Source of the DNA: Candidatus Saccharimonadales bacterium
GTDB taxonomy: Bacteria; Patescibacteriota; Saccharimonadia; Saccharimonadales; UBA10212
DNA: 64,000 nt
Assembly: GCA_035758565.1 (NCBI GenBank)
Contig: DASTXL010000001.1
Span: 139,242-203,241 of the forward strand
Reading direction: 5' to 3'
The notes beneath the pieces are model-generated. The model did not search any database and was not told where the DNA came from. It was given only the letters and a program-made list of their open reading frames with translations. A program made the position numbers and the translations under genes. Position 1 is the stretch's first letter. Each line of letters opens with the position of its first letter. Shown here in pieces: positions 58,837-64,000 of the stretch.

Positions 58837-59778
58837 ATGAGTATCGAATGTGGAGCTAGCGAAAAGGCCTCGATAGAAATCCCTGGTCAAGGTGCTCCTT
58901 TTTATGAACTCGTCCGTGACCTGTCTGACCCCAATGTAGTCGGGAGTGAGGCCAACGAAGTTGTCCAAGAGGTGTTCGAGGAGGTCCAACAAGCCACAGG
59001 TATAGACGTAGAAGCGGCTGCCCGCGAAATGGCCGAAGGTAAGCTGGTTACCCCAAGCATCGCCCAGGTTGTACTCTATGCAGCCGGATATGCTGGCGGA
59101 CGGGTACTTTTTAAGAAAGGCGTTAAAGCGGAATATTATCGGGGGCACAGCGCCTCGGCAATGGTTGCCGCCGGGTTGGCGGGCGTGATAGCCGTGCACG
59201 AAGGTGCTAAGTTAATGCAGAGGCGGGGCGAACATATGGCTGAAGCTGCTCATAACAACCCAGGCACGGTGGCGGTAACCGATCTATCGCTAGAGAAGTT
59301 GGCCGAAATTTGTAAAGCTTGCGGCGTTTATATGGCTAACCTCAATTCACCGGTGCAGACAATGATATCCGGACGAGTGCCCAACATTGTCCAGGCTCGA
59401 AAAATGATAAAGAGTCTAGGCTCAAGAGCGACAATTTTCAGGGATTGGAGCCAGGGCCCGGTGCATACGCCTTTTTTTCAAGAGGCCGAAGACAGATATC
59501 GCGCTGATCTGGCGGTACCGGAGGTGTCTGATCCGCAGGCGGGCTTCGTTAGGAACATCGATGGCGAGATAACGAATGATGCGGAAAGCATACGCGAAGA
59601 CCTGGGCGGCATCGCTCAACAGGTTAACTGGACCAAAGGCGGTCTGGCTCTGCTTGCCTCTGGCGTGCGCAGGTTTGTAGAAATCAGTCCGAAAAGCCGC
59701 AAAATTACGTCCGGCTTAGCCCAAGATCTAAGTCCAGATCACGAAATCCAAACCGGGCATCTTTTTGACTACCTATAA
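58837..59778 (+). CDS. FabD-like acyltransferase (malonyl-CoA:ACP transacylase family)
   Basis: Alignable by eye to FabD: PGQG.., GHSASAMVAAG (GHSxG), QRRG (Arg117 equivalent), NLNSPVQTMISG, GPVHTPFF, VNWTKG. Confidence 0.7.
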   Translation: MSIECGASEKASIEIPGQGAPFYELVRDLSDPNVVGSEANEVVQEVFEEVQQATGIDVEAAAREMAEGKLVTPSIAQVVLYAAGYAGGRVLFKKGVKAEYYRGHSASAMVAAGLAGVIAVHEGAKLMQRRGEHMAEAAHNNPGTVAVTDLSLEKLAEICKACGVYMANLNSPVQTMISGRVPNIVQARKMIKSLGSRATIFRDWSQGPVHTPFFQEAEDRYRADLAVPEVSDPQAGFVRNIDGEITNDAESIREDLGGIAQQVNWTKGGLALLASGVRRFVEISPKSRKITSGLAQDLSPDHEIQTGHLFDYL

Positions 59779-59794
59779 GCAGAGCTTTACCTCT

Positions 59795-59823
59795 TTACAA
59801 ACGGCTTGTCTTTACCTTATAAT
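59795..59823 (+). promoter_or_regulatory. tuf promoter
   Basis: TTACAA (59795-59800), a 17-nt spacer, and TATAAT (59818-59823). Confidence 0.6.
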
Positions 59824-59910
59824 TAACTGGTATAACCGCATGGTGGCTATTGCTGCTATGCACTAAACAAGTAAATCAATTAACAAGTAACTAATTTAAG
59901 GAGTCCGAGA

Positions 59911-61092
59911 ATGGCAGATTTTGATCGCAGTAAGCCGCACGTCAACGTTGGTACTATGGGCCATGTTGACCACGGTAAAACCACTTTAACCGCAGCTATT
60001 ACCACTGTTTTAGCTAAAAAACTTCCAAGCGACGTAAACAAGCCGATCGCTTACGACCAGATCGACAACGCACCCGAAGAAAAACAGCGCGGTATTACCA
60101 TCGCTACCTCACACCAGGAATACGAAAGCGAAAAGCGTCACTACGCTCACGTCGACATGCCTGGTCACGCTGACTACATCAAGAACATGATTACCGGTGC
60201 CGCCCAGATCGACGGCGCTATTTTGGTAGTTTCTGCCGCTGACGGCCCGATGCCTCAGACTCGCGAGCACGTGCTTTTGGCCCGCCAGGTTGGCGTTCCT
60301 AAAATCCTTGTTTTCTTAAACAAGATGGACCTTGCTGATCCAGAACTGGTTGAGCTTGTTGAAGAAGACGTTCGCGACCTGCTGGCCAAGAACGACTTCG
60401 ACCGTGACTGCCCAATCATCAAGGGTTCTGCTACTAAAGCTTTGGAAGGCGACGCCGCTAACGAAGACGCTATCATGGAGCTCGTTCACGCTATGGATGA
60501 CTATATTCCAGAGCCACAGCGCGACCTCGATAAGCCATTCCTAATGCCGGTGGAAGACGTTTTCTCAATCAAAGGCCGCGGTACTGTTGCTACCGGCCGT
60601 GTTGAGCAAGGTGTCGTAAAGGTTAACGAAGAAGTCGAAATTGTTGGTATCCGCCCAACTACCAAATCTGTCGTCACCGGTGTTGAAATGTTCAAGAAGA
60701 ACCTTGACCAAGGTCAGGCTGGTGACAACGTTGGTGTTCTGCTCCGCGGTGTTGAGCGCGATGACATTGAGCGCGGCCAGGTTCTTTGTAAGCCAGGCTC
60801 TATCACTCCGCACACTGAATTTGACGCTGAAGTCTATATCCTCACCAAAGAGGAAGGCGGCCGCCACACTCCTTTCTTCAAGGGTTACAAGCCGCAGTTC
60901 TACTTCCGTACCACGGACGTAACTGGCGAAGTTGAGCTCCCTGCAGACAAAGAAATGGTTATGCCAGGTGATACTGTAACCTTCAAGGTTAAGTTGATGG
61001 CTCCAATTGCTATGGACCAAGGTTTGCGCTTCGCTATCCGCGAAGGCGGCCGGACGGTCGGCGCTGGGGTTGTTACCAAGATCGACAAATAA
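59911..61092 (+). CDS. tuf: Elongation factor Tu
   Basis: [33 protein letters not shown]. Confidence 0.98.
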   Translation: MADFDRSKPHVNVGTMGHVDHGKTTLTAAITTVLAKKLPSDVNKPIAYDQIDNAPEEKQRGITIATSHQEYESEKRHYAHVDMPGHADYIKNMITGAAQIDGAILVVSAADGPMPQTREHVLLARQVGVPKILVFLNKMDLADPELVELVEEDVRDLLAKNDFDRDCPIIKGSATKALEGDAANEDAIMELVHAMDDYIPEPQRDLDKPFLMPVEDVFSIKGRGTVATGRVEQGVVKVNEEVEIVGIRPTTKSVVTGVEMFKKNLDQGQAGDNVGVLLRGVERDDIERGQVLCKPGSITPHTEFDAEVYILTKEEGGRHTPFFKGYKPQFYFRTTDVTGEVELPADKEMVMPGDTVTFKVKLMAPIAMDQGLRFAIREGGRTVGAGVVTKIDK

Positions 61093-61110
61093 GCAGCAAC
61101 TACTGCAACG

Positions 61111-61145
61111 AAAAAGCCTCGGATAAAACCGAGGCCTTTTCTTTT
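61111..61145 (+). terminator. tuf terminator
   Basis: GCCTCGG-ataaaa-CCGAGGC followed by CTTTTCTTTTT. Confidence 0.7.
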
Positions 61146-61295
61146 TGGCTATTTTCGCAGTTTTTGCTCCGAGGCTCGCTCATCGTACCATTACGTACGA
61201 CTCGCTCGCTTCTCGCAAAGAACTACAAAACTATCTCAAAATGCAGCACTTGCTTGAACGAACCACTAAACTAGCTGTAATATAGAGGATAAGCG

Positions 61296-61964
61296 GTGGG
61301 CAGAAGGGTTGTCATGGACAGCATCGTCCACTTTTTTAATTCCAATTTTTTTATAGCCATCGTTACGTTAGCAGTAGGGTCTGCCGCCTATTTCGTTTAT
61401 AAAAAACAGCAAAAGGATCACAAAAAGGATGCAGCGAATATAATTTTGCTGGAAATTCAAAACGCTGAGAGAGAAATTAAAAAGGTCAAGTCTTCAATTG
61501 CTAACGAACAGCTCAAGCAAGACCTTCAAGTAATGCCCCTGGAAAGCTGGAGCAAATACAAGTACTTATTTGTTAGAGACTTTGACCGAGATGAATGGGA
61601 TGCAATATCTGATTTTTACAGCAGATGCCTGCTCATAGACGAGGCGGTCAAATATAATAACTCTGCCTTCTGGGACGATGTGGCACAAATTCGTGTCAAT
61701 AAACAACGAGCACTAGCATATTATGCTAAGACAGCGGTGGACGAATTAGACACTTCTCCCGAGGATGATGTTAAAGCTGAGTACATAAGAAAGTCAGATG
61801 CTTTTAACCTTTTTTACGCTGATTTAGAGCGGCAAGGAAAGTTTGGCTACGCTCCCGTTAAGCCAATTAACGATACAAAACTATACCTAGACGATCTGCA
61901 GATTAATTTATCTCAAACCACAGTCGGAACAAAACTAAAGCAACTGGCGAAAGTTAACATTTAA
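61296..61964 (+). CDS. Hypothetical membrane-anchored protein (222 aa; alternative ATG at 61314)
   Basis: N-terminal TM helix (FFIAIVTLAVGSAAYFVY). No other motif. Confidence 0.5.
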   Translation: MGRRVVMDSIVHFFNSNFFIAIVTLAVGSAAYFVYKKQQKDHKKDAANIILLEIQNAEREIKKVKSSIANEQLKQDLQVMPLESWSKYKYLFVRDFDRDEWDAISDFYSRCLLIDEAVKYNNSAFWDDVAQIRVNKQRALAYYAKTAVDELDTSPEDDVKAEYIRKSDAFNLFYADLERQGKFGYAPVKPINDTKLYLDDLQINLSQTTVGTKLKQLAKVNI

Positions 61965-62075
61965 CACTTTCTTTAAACTCAACTCTATTGTATAATCGCC
62001 TCTGTTAACTAATCGCGTGCGAGAACTTGGCGGTCACTCATAATCCCGTTCAAGATTACGCCGCAAGGAGAACCA

Positions 62076-62396
62076 ATGGCGGCGGTAAGCCCCAACCAGT
62101 TCCAGGAAGTCTATTCTGATATGGGCAGCAATCCGCTGATCAGAGAGGTGTATCACGCTCAGTTCGGCTTTATTCAAATCGAGGTGCCGGAAGGTACCGA
62201 CGAAACCAAGGCTGAGGTGCGTTTTTTGGAGCAAGGCTGGGAACCCTACCAGGCCAATGCCGTTGGTATATCAAGAGAAGGCTTTGTGGCTTCCCTGTCG
62301 GACGAGGGCAGGGTGAGGCAGTTTGCTGCTCTTGTGTTGCACGATCAGTTACAACAACTAGCTAACAATGAACAAAATGAAGAAAGGATTCATTAA
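62076..62396 (+). CDS. Hypothetical protein (106 aa) translationally coupled to rpsJ
   Basis: SD AAGGAG 6 nt upstream. The stop TAA overlaps the rpsJ ATG (TAATG). Confidence 0.5.
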   Translation: MAAVSPNQFQEVYSDMGSNPLIREVYHAQFGFIQIEVPEGTDETKAEVRFLEQGWEPYQANAVGISREGFVASLSDEGRVRQFAALVLHDQLQQLANNEQNEERIH

Positions 62397-62728
62397 TGGC
62401 TGAAGCCAAAGAACAAAACGATGGTAAGCAGCGGATTCGCATTCGCCTGAAGGCTTACGACCACAAAGTAATCGACCAAAGCGCCAAGCAAATTGTAGAT
62501 ACCGCCTTGCGTACTGGCGCCAAGATTGCCGGGCCGATTCCGCTACCGACTCGCAAGAGTACTTTTACGGTGGTTAAAAGCCCGCATGTCTATAAAAAAG
62601 GCCGCGAGCAGTTCGAGATGCGCGTGCACAAACGCCTTATCGACATTACTGATCCAACGCCCAAAACCATCGACAGCCTGATGAATCTCAGCCTGCCGGC
62701 TGGTTGTGACGCCGAAATCAAAATGTAG
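62396..62728 (+). CDS. rpsJ: 30S ribosomal protein S10
   Basis: [36 protein letters not shown]...FTV.KSPHV.K..REQFEMR.H.RLIDI. Confidence 0.97.
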   Translation: MAEAKEQNDGKQRIRIRLKAYDHKVIDQSAKQIVDTALRTGAKIAGPIPLPTRKSTFTVVKSPHVYKKGREQFEMRVHKRLIDITDPTPKTIDSLMNLSLPAGCDAEIKM

Positions 62729-62730
62729 TC

Positions 62731-63057
62731 ATGAAGATTGAAGACTTAGGCAGATCGTTTTCAGGGGATGGTGACGTAGTCCTGAGGCGGTTTGCTACTT
62801 CGTCGCCACTTAGCGTAGGACTTCTATCAACCGAGTTAGACAATCTAGTGGACACTCCTGCGGAAGTTACTGCGCAAACAGATGATTCCACATGGATTAT
62901 CGGATCCATAAGTTTGGGCAAAATATTCATCGATTTTGTTGATGTACGCACTGAAAGCGAAAGGTTACCAATTGAAATAGTGGCCTCACGCGATAAGATC
63001 AAGCAAGTGTTTACTTCTGATGAATCGGTCGTAGAGCTTGTGACCTCGCTGATGTGA
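62731..63057 (+). CDS. Hypothetical acidic protein (108 aa) where rplC is expected
   Basis: ORF starting 2 nt after the rpsJ stop. No SD and no motif. Confidence 0.4.
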   Translation: MKIEDLGRSFSGDGDVVLRRFATSSPLSVGLLSTELDNLVDTPAEVTAQTDDSTWIIGSISLGKIFIDFVDVRTESERLPIEIVASRDKIKQVFTSDESVVELVTSLM

Positions 63058-63145
63058 GGAAAGTCACAGCGACGATTCAGCTTCGTAAGGTTAAATATAA
63101 GCGTGGGCGGAACTAAAAAACTGAGACATGTTTATAAGTCCGCTG

Positions 63146-63175
63146 AAAAAGAACCCGAGATGACGGGTTCTTTTT
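63146..63175. terminator. Bidirectional terminator
   Basis: AAAAAGAACCCG-agatga-CGGGTTCTTTTT forms a perfect 12-bp stem with A/T runs on both sides. Confidence 0.75.
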
Positions 63176-63379
63176 AGTTTTAATTTATCTATTAAAAAAT
63201 TAGCAACTATCCCGTGAGCGTGGTCACAGCTTAATGGTTTTAAGCTTTTAAAATAATAGGTTGCTCTGGAGATAGTTCAGAGCAAAGGTAGCCGAGCTTT
63301 ATCAACCGAAAGGAGGATTTTGCGGCTACAACACAAGCTATCGTTTCTCAACCATCTACCCTGTAAGGAGGGTATAGAC

Positions 63380-63940
63380 GTGAGTGAAGGAAGACTGGCC
63401 GGGATCCTGGGCGTTGCCTGCCGCGATCTGCGTGAGGGTCGCAACCTGCACGCCCTGCAGCTGTTCGGTTCGCTGGTGGGGGTGGAGTTCACCTACCAGC
63501 GGGACGCCCGACTGGGCGAGGCAACGGCCTTGGCTCGCATGGGTCGCTTCTCGGAGGCCGAGGACAAGCTCCAGCAGATCGTGAACGACTACTCGGAGCG
63601 GACGGTCTTCAAGGCCGACTCGCTCCGGGCACTGGCCGAGGTGCGGATCGTTCTGGGCAACCTCGAGGGGATCGACGACATCCTCGAGGAGGCCGCCCAG
63701 ATCTACCAGATCCACAGCTTCACCCGGCCCTGCGGTGCGATCGTGCATCTGCAGGCCCTGGTGGCCATGCGCCGCGGTGACATGGACGAAGCCGTGGAGA
63801 AGATCCGGTGGGCCACGACGCTCACCGAGATCAAGATCCCCGACGTCGTGCCGGCGGGCTTCGGCAGCATCGAGCCCCTGCACGACGGAACCGTGTCCGA
63901 GTCGACCGAGCTCATGACGCTGGTGACCAGCGCTGGCTAG
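63380..63940 (+). CDS. GC-rich helical-repeat (TPR-like) protein, island D
   Basis: GTG start 8 nt after AAGGAGG. GC3-rich codons. ALARMGRFSEAEDKLQQIV-type repeats. All overlapping ORFs look like shadows. Confidence 0.55.
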   Translation: MSEGRLAGILGVACRDLREGRNLHALQLFGSLVGVEFTYQRDARLGEATALARMGRFSEAEDKLQQIVNDYSERTVFKADSLRALAEVRIVLGNLEGIDDILEEAAQIYQIHSFTRPCGAIVHLQALVAMRRGDMDEAVEKIRWATTLTEIKIPDVVPAGFGSIEPLHDGTVSESTELMTLVTSAG

Positions 63941-64000
63941 GAGGCGGTAGCCCTAAAAACCCGGGTGGGATGGCGACCGCGGCTTTTACATAGCGCGGCA

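Noticed and set aside
58750-59199. 149-aa minus-strand ORF antisense to the FabD-like gene. Similar antisense ORFs lie inside rpoB (46375-46911, 48154-48606), rpoC (51359-51844), fusA, tuf (60565-61020), clpC and dnaE.
   Set aside because: They lie entirely within, and antisense to, genes with strong homology signatures. They have no SD and no motifs.

Overview
This window is mostly a syntenic block of core informational and housekeeping genes from a small, moderately AT-rich genome. Gene content and layout suggest Patescibacteria/CPR, plausibly Saccharibacteria: many tiny ORFans wedged between core genes, an orphan pilB, PBP1A and pepN. That assignment is inference only.

Recognised genes:
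- uvrB (3' part), gatC-gatA-gatB, galU, dnaE
- a CAP-domain protein, a TrmH-family methyltransferase, pilB, rplS, an SDR, rnhB, yraN, pepN
- nusA, clpC, radA, a class A PBP, tyrS, a SAM methyltransferase, recG, rsmD, tRNA-Leu(UAG)
- an LMW-PTP/Nudix fusion, hisS, tig, clpP, rpoB, rpoC, rpsL, rpsG, fusA
- an amylo-alpha-1,6-glucosidase-like protein, a GT4 glycosyltransferase, a FabD-like acyltransferase, tuf, rpsJ

Unusual signals:
1. A GC-rich, hairpin-dense noncoding transcript of about 590 nt (17167-17760). It has its own strong promoter and terminator, and I cannot assign it to RNase P, tmRNA, SRP or any family I know.
2. Four short GC-rich islands (about 650-1660, 1775-2235, 12921-13580, 63380 to the window end). 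They carry actinobacterial-style genes with GGAGG ribosome-binding sites and GC hairpins without U-tails. One gene is broken by an in-frame TAA, and one island sits where rplC should follow rpsJ.
3. Two perfect CIRCE operators upstream of clpC and clpP.
4. Several conserved operons (gatCAB, rpsL-rpsG-fusA-tuf, clpC-radA, S10) are interrupted by unknown ORFs.
5. Long imperfect palindromes with shared sequence cores recur in intergenic regions.
6. Many first genes have a -10 box only 6-11 nt from the start codon, which suggests leaderless mRNAs.

No CRISPR array, rRNA or recognisable transposase was seen.
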